From NCBI GenBank assembly GCA_038062675.1, contig JBBTWP010000003.1, positions 129,378 to 193,377 of the forward strand: a stretch of 64,000 nt of DNA, given 5' to 3'. The notes under the pieces are model-generated. The model searched no databases, was not told where the DNA came from, and was given only the letters and a program-made list of their open reading frames with translations. The position numbers and the translations under genes are program-made. Shown here in pieces: positions 27,291 to 36,402 of the stretch. The DNA is from Patescibacteria group bacterium. GTDB taxonomy: Bacteria > Patescibacteriota > Minisyncoccia > Phycocordibacterales > UBA1550. Numbering within the stretch: the stretch's first letter is position 1; the number at the start of each line of letters is the position of its first letter.

Positions 27291-27690
27291 CTTGACAAAA
27301 TTTTTCCTGTATGCTAAGATAGTTTTACATATGGCTTGAGGCCATATTGTTCGTTTAAAAGATTCCCTACATAAGCCTCTTTCAGTTAAACCCTCCGGGG
27401 TTCACATGATTGCGATCGAGGACGTGCCGGTACTTCGCTTTATGCGACGCTCGCGGGCACCATCCTTAGATTGCTGTTTAACTCGATTTGTTTACATTTC
27501 GAGAGCTGCTGGGGGTTTATGTAAGGGATTTTTTTGTGCTCCTGTCTTGCTTGCCAACTTGCTAAAGCGCCCAAATATCGCGACACTTTCTTTCATAGTA
27601 GCTGTTTTGAGGGCAAAAAACAAATGGGGTGATAACTTGAACTTTATAAATAAAAAACGCTCCCCCACATTATTATGGAAGAGCGTTAAG
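27291..27690 (+). ncRNA. Candidate non-coding RNA. The TTGACA-17-TAAGAT promoter (27291-27319) drives about 350 nt with no credible ORF, ending at a hairpin/T-run (27656-27697).
   Basis: A 420-bp gene-free interval is large for this genome. Consensus promoter. No tmRNA, RNase P or SRP signature recognised by eye. Confidence 0.25.
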
Positions 27691-27698
27691 TTTATTTT

Positions 27699-28988
27699 TT
27701 AGAACTTTCTATTTTTAGGCTTAATACTTTGAATGCCCACGTATTGTTGTAGGACTTCAGGTATCAAGACCGTCCCATCAGCTTGTTGGTTGTTTTCCAA
27801 AATCGCCAACATAGTTCGGGTAACAGCAACTGCCGTTCCATTGAGCGTGTGTACCAAACTCAACTTCCCGGTAGTTTTATCCTTAAAACGAACATTTAAG
27901 CGTCGTGATTGAAAATCAGTACAGTTTGAGGCAGAAGTAACCTCTCCATACCCTCCATTGTCGCCAATGAATGGCATCCATGCTTCGATGTCGTATTTCC
28001 GGTAGGCTGGCGCTCCGAGATCACTTTTACACATAAGTAGCACACGATACGGGAGATTGAGGGATTGATAGAAATCTTCCTCGATCGCCAACATTTCCTC
28101 GTGAGCCTCTGCACTTTTAGTTGGGTGAACAAATTGATAGAGTTCAACTTTGCTAAACTGGTGAACTCGATACAGACCCTTGCTCTCTCTTCCAGCACTA
28201 CCTGCTTCAGTCCTAAAGCAATGACTCACTCCGGCAATTTTTATCGGAAGGTGCTCTTCTGGGACTACTGAGTTTGCCATATATCCACCGATGGCAATCT
28301 CCGAAGTTCCTATAAGACTAAGGTCTCCCTCCGATAGAGAATATATCTGACTTGCCGGACCTCTAGGTGTGAATCCTGAGGCGGAGATGATGTCATCTCG
28401 TACTATTTCAGGTGTGGTCATCAACGTAAAGCCGTGTCTGTTTGCGATTTCCATTGCGTAGCGAATAAGCCCCATTTCAAGAAGAACAGCTTCGTTCTTA
28501 AGGAAATAAAACTTTGAACCAGTGATTTTCGCAGCTGCTTCAAAGTCCATGATGTCTAATTTTTTACCAAGCTCGACATGATCGAGAGGTTTAAAATTAA
28601 ACTTCGGTGGAGTACCAAAGAACTTTACTGGTATGTTGCCACCTTCGTCAGACCCTTGTGGTACATCAAAGGCACTAAGATTTGGAATTCTAAGAGCCTC
28701 ATGATGGTATTCCTTTTCAAGTATAGAGACCTCATCCTTAAGAGTTTTTATTGTTTCCCTCAAAATGGTAGATTCTTCCTTGAGTTGGTCTCGGGTTGGG
28801 TCATCTGCTTTTTCAAACTGCTTCGCAACTTGATTCACTCTTTGCTGGGATGTCTCAAGAGACATTTTTTTAATCTTCAGTTGCTCATATAGACCAACTA
28901 CTTTGTCTACGTTAGCATCAGCACAGCGTTCTTGTGTGTTTCTGCGAACCAGGTCAAGATTGTTTAGGATAAATCGTATATCTAACAT
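27699..28988 (-). CDS. serS: Seryl-tRNA synthetase.
   Basis: N-terminal coiled-coil arm. The class II motifs are present. Confidence 0.9.
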   Translation of the reverse strand: MLDIRFILNNLDLVRRNTQERCADANVDKVVGLYEQLKIKKMSLETSQQRVNQVAKQFEKADDPTRDQLKEESTILRETIKTLKDEVSILEKEYHHEALRIPNLSAFDVPQGSDEGGNIPVKFFGTPPKFNFKPLDHVELGKKLDIMDFEAAAKITGSKFYFLKNEAVLLEMGLIRYAMEIANRHGFTLMTTPEIVRDDIISASGFTPRGPASQIYSLSEGDLSLIGTSEIAIGGYMANSVVPEEHLPIKIAGVSHCFRTEAGSAGRESKGLYRVHQFSKVELYQFVHPTKSAEAHEEMLAIEEDFYQSLNLPYRVLLMCKSDLGAPAYRKYDIEAWMPFIGDNGGYGEVTSASNCTDFQSRRLNVRFKDKTTGKLSLVHTLNGTAVAVTRTMLAILENNQQADGTVLIPEVLQQYVGIQSIKPKNRKF

Positions 28989-29150
28989 AACACGCCTCCA
29001 TTAAAAAGACTTGATTTTAACAACGAACTGTATTTACTATGCCTACGACATCCTAATACTAATTTTATAGATAGTCAAGGAAGCACATTGACAAATAATG
29101 AAAATACAGTATTATTCACATAGGTGGAATAAAGAACCTTGAAACTCTAA

Positions 29151-30347
29151 TTGGAGGCTAAAATGAATAAAACTGTCCTAGGAAACCCGCTTGAGGCCGT
29201 AATTGAGTTTATGGCTTGGAAGGGGTGGTCGTCTTACTCTTGTGAGTCTTGCGGAAAAACCTTTTTCGTTAAAACATCAGTCATTCTGAATAACACAAAT
29301 TGTACGCGCGGTAAATGTTCTTTCGTGGCGGATTCATTTGTGGATCTTCCAAAGAAAAAGAAAAAGGTTTCACCTGTTGATGCAGTTGCAATAATGGAGA
29401 AACATTTTACTTCGCTTGGCTTTATGTTGGTTCCACCAAGGAACATTGCAAATTCTGATGGCCGTACCGATCTTGTTATTGCTGGTGTTCAAATGTTTGA
29501 CGACATTATTCATCAGAACAAAGAAGTCCGTGAAGAAAAGATGTTCGTTGCACAACCATCCGTCCGCATGCAATTTCAGGCACAGGTGCAATCTCAAGAG
29601 GGGATATCAACATCCTTCGTGAACGTGTGCACTGAAAAGATGGGTTCAGGATTTGATACTCACCTTGAGGCTGTTGATCATTGGTGCGGAGTTCTCTCTA
29701 GGCTTGGTTTGCATATGAATGACCTAGTCATCGTCATGCGTACCTCGCAAAAAGATTGGGGGACGGGACCGTTTATTGCTTCGGAACTCTTCTTTGTATA
29801 TGGAGGGCTCGAATTAGGAGATGCAGCATATCTTCTAATCCCACAGTCCTCACGGGACCCACTACCGATTAGTGATATCGGTTTTGGTCTAGAGAGAATC
29901 GTATGGGCAATGAATAAAACCGAGTCATATTTCGATGTGATTACCCCATGGACTTTTGGTGGCTCAAAGGAAATGTTTGATTCATGTCGTACACTCGCAT
30001 TACTTGTTATCTCTGGGGTAAAAGCAAGCAATAAAGGTCCAGGGCTTCAGTTTAGACGTTTCGCAAAAGCCCTCAGTGAGAAGTATTACGGAGAAGATAT
30101 TTTTCAAATCATTCTGCACTACTTCGGCTACTGGGAATGTTTCATTAAGCCCTCAGTAAGTAGAGTCGAAGCGCTCCAGACGGTGCGGTTAGAAGTTGAA
30201 AGGTTTATCAATCTGAGAATAGGGCAGATGATGAAGCTCCCGCCTCCTCGCGAGGAAACAACAGAGGCATATTTTAACCGCTTGGTGTATACTCATAGTG
30301 TAGATATTTACGAGCTACGCAAGGCGATAAAAACATGCAAAATATGA
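29151..30347 (+). CDS. Alanyl-tRNA synthetase catalytic-domain paralog: N-terminal CxxC Zn-ribbon, AlaRS aminoacylation core, start of the tRNA-recognition domain. It lacks the editing and C-Ala domains.
   Basis: LVPPRNIANSDGRTDLVIAGVQMFDDII aligns with the AlaRS segment around FTNAGMNQFKDVF. DIGFGLERIVWAMNKTESYFDVIT aligns with the AlaRS GMGLERI…NYDIDLF motif. LQFRRFAKAL aligns with YVLRRIIRRA. Confidence 0.55.
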   Translation: MEAKMNKTVLGNPLEAVIEFMAWKGWSSYSCESCGKTFFVKTSVILNNTNCTRGKCSFVADSFVDLPKKKKKVSPVDAVAIMEKHFTSLGFMLVPPRNIANSDGRTDLVIAGVQMFDDIIHQNKEVREEKMFVAQPSVRMQFQAQVQSQEGISTSFVNVCTEKMGSGFDTHLEAVDHWCGVLSRLGLHMNDLVIVMRTSQKDWGTGPFIASELFFVYGGLELGDAAYLLIPQSSRDPLPISDIGFGLERIVWAMNKTESYFDVITPWTFGGSKEMFDSCRTLALLVISGVKASNKGPGLQFRRFAKALSEKYYGEDIFQIILHYFGYWECFIKPSVSRVEALQTVRLEVERFINLRIGQMMKLPPPREETTEAYFNRLVYTHSVDIYELRKAIKTCKI

Positions 30348-31033
30348 ATAAGGATAACAAAATATATTTGTCGGGAGGTGGTAATGAACATCAATCATCC
30401 ACCCTCGACAAATTTTTTTTTGACTCGATCCCACAAGGAGGTAATTTTTTATACATTCCCGTAGCGTTACGCGGGCACAAGTTGTTCCCAACTGCTAATT
30501 TGTGGATGAATGGGATTTTAGAGATGCACAAAAGGACTGATATTCAATTTGAAACATTAGATGATCTTTTAAGTAAAAATATTGATGATCTAGAAAAATT
30601 TGATGCTATATATATAGGTGGTGGGAATACATGGAGTCTCTTGAAGGAGTTTGAGGAATCTGGTTTCTCAAAGACTCTAGTCCAGTACCACAACTCTGGT
30701 CACTCCGTGTATGGAGGTAGTGCTGGGGCAATTATTTTAGGCGCAAAAATAAATACACATGACGACAAAAATGAAGTAAGTTGGATAGATAATAATGGTC
30801 TAAATTTGTTGAATAATTATTCAATTGCTTGCCACTTTAAAAATGAGGACGAGGAAAGGTTTAAAAATTGGGCAACAGAGAATAATCTACCAATAATTTG
30901 CCTTTTTGAGGAAACAGGATTAATTATTGGTGATGCAAAAATAGAATGTGTTGGTACTAAACCTTTTTTTCTTTATACTCCTCAGGGAGAGAAGTTGATG
31001 AAGGAACCAGGAGAAACACTCTCTTTGTTATAA
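30335..31033 (+). CDS. Peptidase S51 family (peptidase E / cyanophycinase-like). Overlaps the AlaRS-like gene by 13 nt.
   Basis: GGGN...IGGGNTW and the GGSAGAIILG nucleophile elbow. Confidence 0.7.
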   Translation: MQNMNKDNKIYLSGGGNEHQSSTLDKFFFDSIPQGGNFLYIPVALRGHKLFPTANLWMNGILEMHKRTDIQFETLDDLLSKNIDDLEKFDAIYIGGGNTWSLLKEFEESGFSKTLVQYHNSGHSVYGGSAGAIILGAKINTHDDKNEVSWIDNNGLNLLNNYSIACHFKNEDEERFKNWATENNLPIICLFEETGLIIGDAKIECVGTKPFFLYTPQGEKLMKEPGETLSLL

Positions 31034-31077
31034 AAAAAGTGCCACACGCTTTAGGCGTGGGCACTTTTGTCTGCATT

Positions 31078-32337
31078 TTAGTATAGATTAATTTCTCCTT
31101 TCACAATTTTTTGGGTCGTTTCATTTGCGTTCGCGAGGCAACGCTCAACAATCCCTTCTATAAATTGTCTTTGTGTGGGTGAAATACTCCCACCATAGAC
31201 ATCGACATAGACAGACCATGGATCTGAAATACTGCGGCCCATTTGTGATGTTAGGTATACGCAGGTTTCAAGTCCCAGCAAACTAAAAATTTCACTGGAA
31301 ATGAGCGATCCGATTGCTGTATAAATCTTGCCTACATGATAGACAGGATTTTTACCACAGCAAGCTTCTATGCTCATGTGCCTCGTAAAGGGGATAATTC
31401 CATTGTAACGATTCCCTCTACCAACAACTCCCTCGTCGCCACTCTCGATCGCACTACCGGTTAACGTGAGGTAGTAGTCTGACTTGGATGGGTTGTCTCG
31501 TGTGTTAAGCGAAACAGACACCTCGTAGTTCTTGTACTGATTAAGCACTAACTCTTTAATTAATTGTTCAAGGAGAGCAAGCTTTTGTGCGTAAAATTCC
31601 TTGTCAGGGGTATGTAGGGCAATGAAAGGAACGCACGCAGTAATACCCACCTTCTTTTGTATGCGCCTAGCCATAACTTTGATGTCTGACCCCACAAAGG
31701 GATAAAGTTTTTTGAATTCTTTGCTATTGAGAGTGTTTTCCGCAAGGATAACGATCTTTTCGGTGACACTTAGTGGGCTGTAGGAAACAGTCGTAGAAGT
31801 ATCATTCGAACGTAAGCTATTGTCGTGGAAAACAGCAAACTCTTTTTGCGGGACCTCAAAGAAAAATTGACGCTCGTTCAGTGTAGACCCGTCTGCCTCA
31901 TAGACAACCCCTGGACCAGGTGCAAAGTGCGTATTATTCACAATCATGAGCCACTTATCCAGATCGAGAAGAGGTAATACCTCCCCGAAATGTTTGCGAA
32001 CGACATCGGTTACTATTTCAAGATAGGGGATTGTTTCGTTCTGGTATGTTCTGGTGAATCGGCAATTCAGATAAAGCCGTATTGGCATTTGCATTTCACC
32101 GCCACCAAATTTTACCTTTGCCGAACCGCCCGAGAGCGCAATCTTGTCTACCATGTGACGGAGGATAATACCGTAATGATCTAAACAGTACTGCGAATAC
32201 GCCTGAGAGACTTTCTCCGCGATGGTGTCACAAAGTGTGTCTGGGTGACCGATACCTTTTCTTTCAACTACTTCATAGTCAGTATCGTCGATACAGGGTT
32301 TACCCGAAGCGCTTATAAACAGGTTATTTTTATCCAT
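31078..32337 (-). CDS. Archaeal-type S-adenosylmethionine synthetase (MAT, PF01941-like). Start at MDKNNLF with a GGAGGT RBS.
   Basis: VERKGIGHPDTLCDTIAE matches the archaeal MAT signature VERKGIGHPDS(I/L)AD. Confidence 0.65.
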   Translation of the reverse strand: MDKNNLFISASGKPCIDDTDYEVVERKGIGHPDTLCDTIAEKVSQAYSQYCLDHYGIILRHMVDKIALSGGSAKVKFGGGEMQMPIRLYLNCRFTRTYQNETIPYLEIVTDVVRKHFGEVLPLLDLDKWLMIVNNTHFAPGPGVVYEADGSTLNERQFFFEVPQKEFAVFHDNSLRSNDTSTTVSYSPLSVTEKIVILAENTLNSKEFKKLYPFVGSDIKVMARRIQKKVGITACVPFIALHTPDKEFYAQKLALLEQLIKELVLNQYKNYEVSVSLNTRDNPSKSDYYLTLTGSAIESGDEGVVGRGNRYNGIIPFTRHMSIEACCGKNPVYHVGKIYTAIGSLISSEIFSLLGLETCVYLTSQMGRSISDPWSVYVDVYGGSISPTQRQFIEGIVERCLANANETTQKIVKGEINLY

Positions 32338-32553
32338 GTTACCAACCTCCAAATGGGTTAAAAAATTGTGAATGTACTGGTAGCCAACTGCTTGCACTCT
32401 ATAATTTTTTTAAAGAGTTGTCAATTTTTTTTGGGCGTGCAATCGTTGGTAATGATTTACACAGCTCTATCCAATTTTAGATTCCTGCTGAGTAAAATTT
32501 ATTTGTGAGTTTGCCACTCACAGAACTACACTAGTGGTGGTTTCTGGTATACT

Positions 32554-33516
32554 ATGAAGTATATGAGATTCGGTAATTTCGAAGGGATGAACCAAAAGCC
32601 TCTCGGGGAGGGGGATGAGAAAAAAGTTTTCATTAACCCCGAAGACGAGGGGAGGGTTATTGCTGTCACTAAAAAAGAGGCAGGAAAAGACACTCCGCGC
32701 CAACTCAAAGGCAGATACTATCTCACCAAAATAGCGCACATGCTTTTGCCCCAGCATGTGCCGGATATTTATCAAGCGGGAGAGTCTCAGAGTGGCGTGC
32801 AAACCGTTGATGCAGAGCGCATTGCACATACACAAGGACACGCACTTTTACAAGAAGCGCGTCAATTGGGAGAAGGGGAGGAGTCTGCACATCAGCAAAT
32901 TATCAAAGAAATGGATGGTGCGATGACAAAAGTGGATATGGAGCTTGAGCGCATTGGGCTTAGTTTTAATATTGACGCAAATGTTGGGAACTACACAAAA
33001 GACGAAGCAGGAAATGTATATTATCTCGAAACGTTCAAACCTTGGCAGGTGGATGTTGCAAACCCGAAAGAGCTCGAAGTGCTTTTTGATGAAGAAGAAA
33101 TGAGGATTGCTATTGATGGGATGGCTGACCAAGAGGCAAAGGCGGAATGCATGAATCATTTGGAAAGACTTCTTGCGCTCCTTGAAGAAGAGCGACAGGA
33201 GCTACGAGAACAACCGGAAGCGATTTCAATAGAGTGCGGTCCGCATGTTCAAGAACTTGAAGCGACACTCGAACCGTTTCTTAAAGAAGATGTTCTTGCT
33301 GTTTTGCATACCATCCAAACGGAAGACGATGCTATAAAGAGCAAGGAGCGAGCGGATGCTAAAAAAGTTCTTCTCGTCGCATTTAATAAGCTGAAATTCT
33401 TGCAGAACGAAACAAATATCACCACAGAAGAATATGCGCGACTACAGGCGAAATACAAAACTCTCGATCGTGCGATAGGGGTGGGGAACCGCGGGGTGAT
33501 TGACCATACGAGGTAA
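32554..33516 (+). CDS. Uncharacterised acidic protein, possibly with an atypical kinase-like fold.
   Basis: Weak resemblance only (GEGDEKKVF...AVTKK; FNIDANVGN). Not diagnostic. Confidence 0.35.
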   Translation: MKYMRFGNFEGMNQKPLGEGDEKKVFINPEDEGRVIAVTKKEAGKDTPRQLKGRYYLTKIAHMLLPQHVPDIYQAGESQSGVQTVDAERIAHTQGHALLQEARQLGEGEESAHQQIIKEMDGAMTKVDMELERIGLSFNIDANVGNYTKDEAGNVYYLETFKPWQVDVANPKELEVLFDEEEMRIAIDGMADQEAKAECMNHLERLLALLEEERQELREQPEAISIECGPHVQELEATLEPFLKEDVLAVLHTIQTEDDAIKSKERADAKKVLLVAFNKLKFLQNETNITTEEYARLQAKYKTLDRAIGVGNRGVIDHTR

Positions 33517-33831
33517 ATTCAACTTTTTGGGCAATTTGGAGTATACGAGTATAAGTAGTGTCATCGCGACCATAGAGGAAATAATTAGAAAAAAATAGAC
33601 CCAATATCGTTAAAATTGTTCTTTTTTCTGATATTTTAACGAAAATGATTGACTTAATCGTTAAAATTAGTGAGGTGGCGCCAGCGAACCGGTTTTTCTT
33701 GGTAATTTGGTTGGCATGAGTATTGTACAGGTATAATACGAGTATAAGTATACTTGTTGTGGGGTGCATGAAATTTAGCTTGTAAAAATCATATTTGAAA
33801 TAAGGCAAAAATGAAATAAAACGCGGGGGAG

Positions 33832-33876
33832 GGGTCGCGCTCAAGGGATCTTTTGCGACCCGATTCCACAGAATCG
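33832..33876 (+). promoter_or_regulatory. Copy 2 of the conserved bipartite element: hairpin GGGTCGC…GCGACCC followed by palindrome CGATTCCACAGAATCG.
   Basis: See 419-461. Lies about 10 nt upstream of TAAAAAT and an ATG at 33904. Confidence 0.55.
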
Positions 33877-33903
33877 AAAATTCCTTTAAAAATAAGCAGA
33901 AAA

Positions 33904-34299
33904 ATGCTAGAGTTTGGGGATAATATGGGAATTTTTGATATATTAAGCAGTGCGGCAAAGATAGCTAAGGAATCTGGTAAACTAGAATTACAAGGGGAGA
34001 TTTTGGGTGTTTATGAAAAACTTTTGGAGCAACAAAAGAAAATTTCGGATTTAGAAACTGAGAATCGAGAACTGAAACAACAACTTAAGACAAAAGAAGC
34101 TCTTGTTTTTGAAGGTAATGTTTATTGGATAAATGACAATGACAATGACAAAAAGAATGGACCTTTCTGTAAAATTTGTTATGAAAAAGAGAATAAGATG
34201 ATCACTTTAGATATTGGAAGCTTTGGTTTTGGTTCATCGAGAAATCTAGATTATTATCAATATCATTGCTTGGTATGTAAAAATTATTTTAAGAAATAA
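33904..34299 (+). CDS. Small coiled-coil protein with a C-terminal 2xCxxC Zn-ribbon. First gene of the R-M operon. The track ORF starts at 33853, inside the element.
   Basis: CKICYEK…CLVCKNYF. Abuts the mod start codon. Confidence 0.45.
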   Translation: MLEFGDNMGIFDILSSAAKIAKESGKLELQGEILGVYEKLLEQQKKISDLETENRELKQQLKTKEALVFEGNVYWINDNDNDKKNGPFCKICYEKENKMITLDIGSFGFGSSRNLDYYQYHCLVCKNYFKK

Positions 34300-34300
34300 A

Positions 34301-36400
34301 ATGAAACTCACCGACAACGAAAAACGAGATGTGATGAAGTATTTGGAGGCGGGGAAACCGCTTCCGGAGAAGTATCGGTTCTTGCTGTTTGGAGATGCGC
34401 AGGAGGTGGAGCTACTTTGGAATGGGAAGACGAATGAGGTGACGAATGTAGTGTTGCCGTTTCAGACTATTGAGCAGATAGATGAGCCGAGGAGCAATGA
34501 GAAGTTTGGTAATCAAGCCTCACTTTTTGATATGTCGGGTAGGCAGATAACTGGCTGGACTAATAAATTGATTTGGGGCGACAACAAGCTCATTCTCTCG
34601 TCGCTCAAAAATGGTCCGATGCGAAAAGAGATAGAAGCGCAGGGCGGTTTGAAATTGATTTACATCGACCCGCCGTTTGATGTGGGCGCGGATTTTTCTA
34701 TGGATATTACGATCGGTGAAGGCGAGGATGGTGAAAGTTTTACTAAAAAACCGTCGGTGATAGAAGAAATCGCCTACCGTGATACTTGGGGCAAGGGCGC
34801 GGACAGCTTCATTGCGATGATTTATGAGCGTTTGAAATTGATGCATGATTTGCTTGCGGAGGATGGGAGTATTTATGTGCATTGTGATTGGCGGGTAAAT
34901 AGTCACATGAGACTGGTTCTTGATGAGGTTTTCGGGAGGGATAACTTTATTAGTGAAATAATTTGGTATTACCAGAATGGCGGAGGGCGTTCGAAGTCTT
35001 CATTAAGCAGACAGCATCAAACCGTACTCTGTTATAAAAAAGGAGATAATTACCTATATAATTCTGTAGATATGGCAGTTCCATACAAGGAGACAAGTAT
35101 GTATTCTAAATATGGAATCACTAGTGAGGCAGACAAGAAGTATAGTGCATCTGAGGGTGGAAAAAATATGGATGATGTTTGGGTTATAGATTTAATTAAT
35201 CCATCTGCAAAGGAAAGGACTGGATACCCTACACAAAAACCCGAGAACTTTATTGAAAATATCATTAAGGCATCTTCAAACGAAGGCGACCTCGTTGCTG
35301 ATTTCTTCTGTGGTTCGGGCACCACGCTTGCTGTTGCGGAAAAACTTGGCAGAAAATGGATTGGTTCTGATTTGGGGAAATTTGGTATACATACATCGCG
35401 CAAGCGATTGATTGGTGTACAGCGTGAACTCAAAAAGGCGGGCAAGGATTTTCGCGCATTTGAGATTTTGAATGTGGGCAGGTACGAGCGCGAGAACTTC
35501 CTTGCGGTCAATGACGACCTGCGCGCGGAGGAAAAAGCAAAGCAGGCAGAGCGAAAAGAAAAAGAGTTTGTGAAGCTCATCATTTCGGCGTATAAAGCGG
35601 AACCAATCTCGTCTTTTGAGACGATGATAGCAAAGAAGCGCGACAGATTGGTCGCGATCGGACCTATCAATGCGCCTGTTTCAGGGAAATTCATCGAGCG
35701 TATCATCAAGGAATGCGGAGAGAACAACATTACCAAAGTGGATGTCCTCGGTTTTGATTGGGAGATGGGCTTTGACCGCCATGAGTTTGGCAATAGCGGT
35801 ATCGATATTGCGCTCAAGGTCATTCCTAAAGAAGTGTTTGATAAACGCGCGGTGGAAAGAGGACAGGTGAAGTTTTATGATGTGGCGTTTATTGAGGCGA
35901 AGCCAATTATTGCAGGCAGGGGGAATATCAAGGAGCTTTCCATTGAGCTTGCCGACTTTTCTGTTTTTTACAATCAAGATGACTCGGGTGAGATAGCAGA
36001 GGCGCTTCGCCCTGGGAGCTCCAAGGTGGTGGTAGAAAACGGGCAGGTGATAAAGCTCAGCAAAGATAAAGTGACGGAGGCGGTGACGCGAGAGATTTTG
36101 ACGAAAAAATGGAGTGACTGGATAGACTACTGGGCGGTGGATTATGATTTTGCGGACAGAAAAGAGATAATCAAAGTCGTAGAAGATGGCGAGGAAAAAG
36201 AGGTGTGGACAGGCGACTACATTTTCGACAACGAGTGGCAGAGTTTTCGTACAAAAAGAGCCTTTCGAAGTGGTAAATATCAAGATATCGAGCTCGTCTC
36301 TGCGCCAAAGGAGATGCAAAAAGGGACTTACAAAGTGGCGGTAAAGGTCGTGGACATTTTCGGGAATGATACAACGAGGGTGGTGGAGGTTAAGATATAA
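34301..36400 (+). CDS. mod: Beta-class N6-adenine/N4-cytosine DNA methyltransferase with the layout of a Type III R-M Mod subunit.
   Basis: Motif IV IYIDPPF precedes motif I FFCGSGTT (beta-class order). Res partner downstream. Confidence 0.8.
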   Translation: MKLTDNEKRDVMKYLEAGKPLPEKYRFLLFGDAQEVELLWNGKTNEVTNVVLPFQTIEQIDEPRSNEKFGNQASLFDMSGRQITGWTNKLIWGDNKLILSSLKNGPMRKEIEAQGGLKLIYIDPPFDVGADFSMDITIGEGEDGESFTKKPSVIEEIAYRDTWGKGADSFIAMIYERLKLMHDLLAEDGSIYVHCDWRVNSHMRLVLDEVFGRDNFISEIIWYYQNGGGRSKSSLSRQHQTVLCYKKGDNYLYNSVDMAVPYKETSMYSKYGITSEADKKYSASEGGKNMDDVWVIDLINPSAKERTGYPTQKPENFIENIIKASSNEGDLVADFFCGSGTTLAVAEKLGRKWIGSDLGKFGIHTSRKRLIGVQRELKKAGKDFRAFEILNVGRYERENFLAVNDDLRAEEKAKQAERKEKEFVKLIISAYKAEPISSFETMIAKKRDRLVAIGPINAPVSGKFIERIIKECGENNITKVDVLGFDWEMGFDRHEFGNSGIDIALKVIPKEVFDKRAVERGQVKFYDVAFIEAKPIIAGRGNIKELSIELADFSVFYNQDDSGEIAEALRPGSSKVVVENGQVIKLSKDKVTEAVTREILTKKWSDWIDYWAVDYDFADRKEIIKVVEDGEEKEVWTGDYIFDNEWQSFRTKRAFRSGKYQDIELVSAPKEMQKGTYKVAVKVVDIFGNDTTRVVEVKI

Positions 36401-36402
36401 AA

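Noticed and set aside
27291-27697. The interval as tmRNA, RNase P RNA or SRP RNA.
   Set aside because: I could find no GGUUCGAnUCC T-arm, no tag-peptide reading frame ending in Ala-Ala-stop, no AGUCCGG/ACAGAAnCCGGCUUA RNase P blocks and no GGAA-tetraloop SRP helix 8. It is kept only as a generic candidate ncRNA.
27406-27702. 98-aa plus-strand ORF inside the candidate ncRNA interval.
   Set aside because: Composition is Cys/Arg-rich and protein-unlike. It has no RBS.
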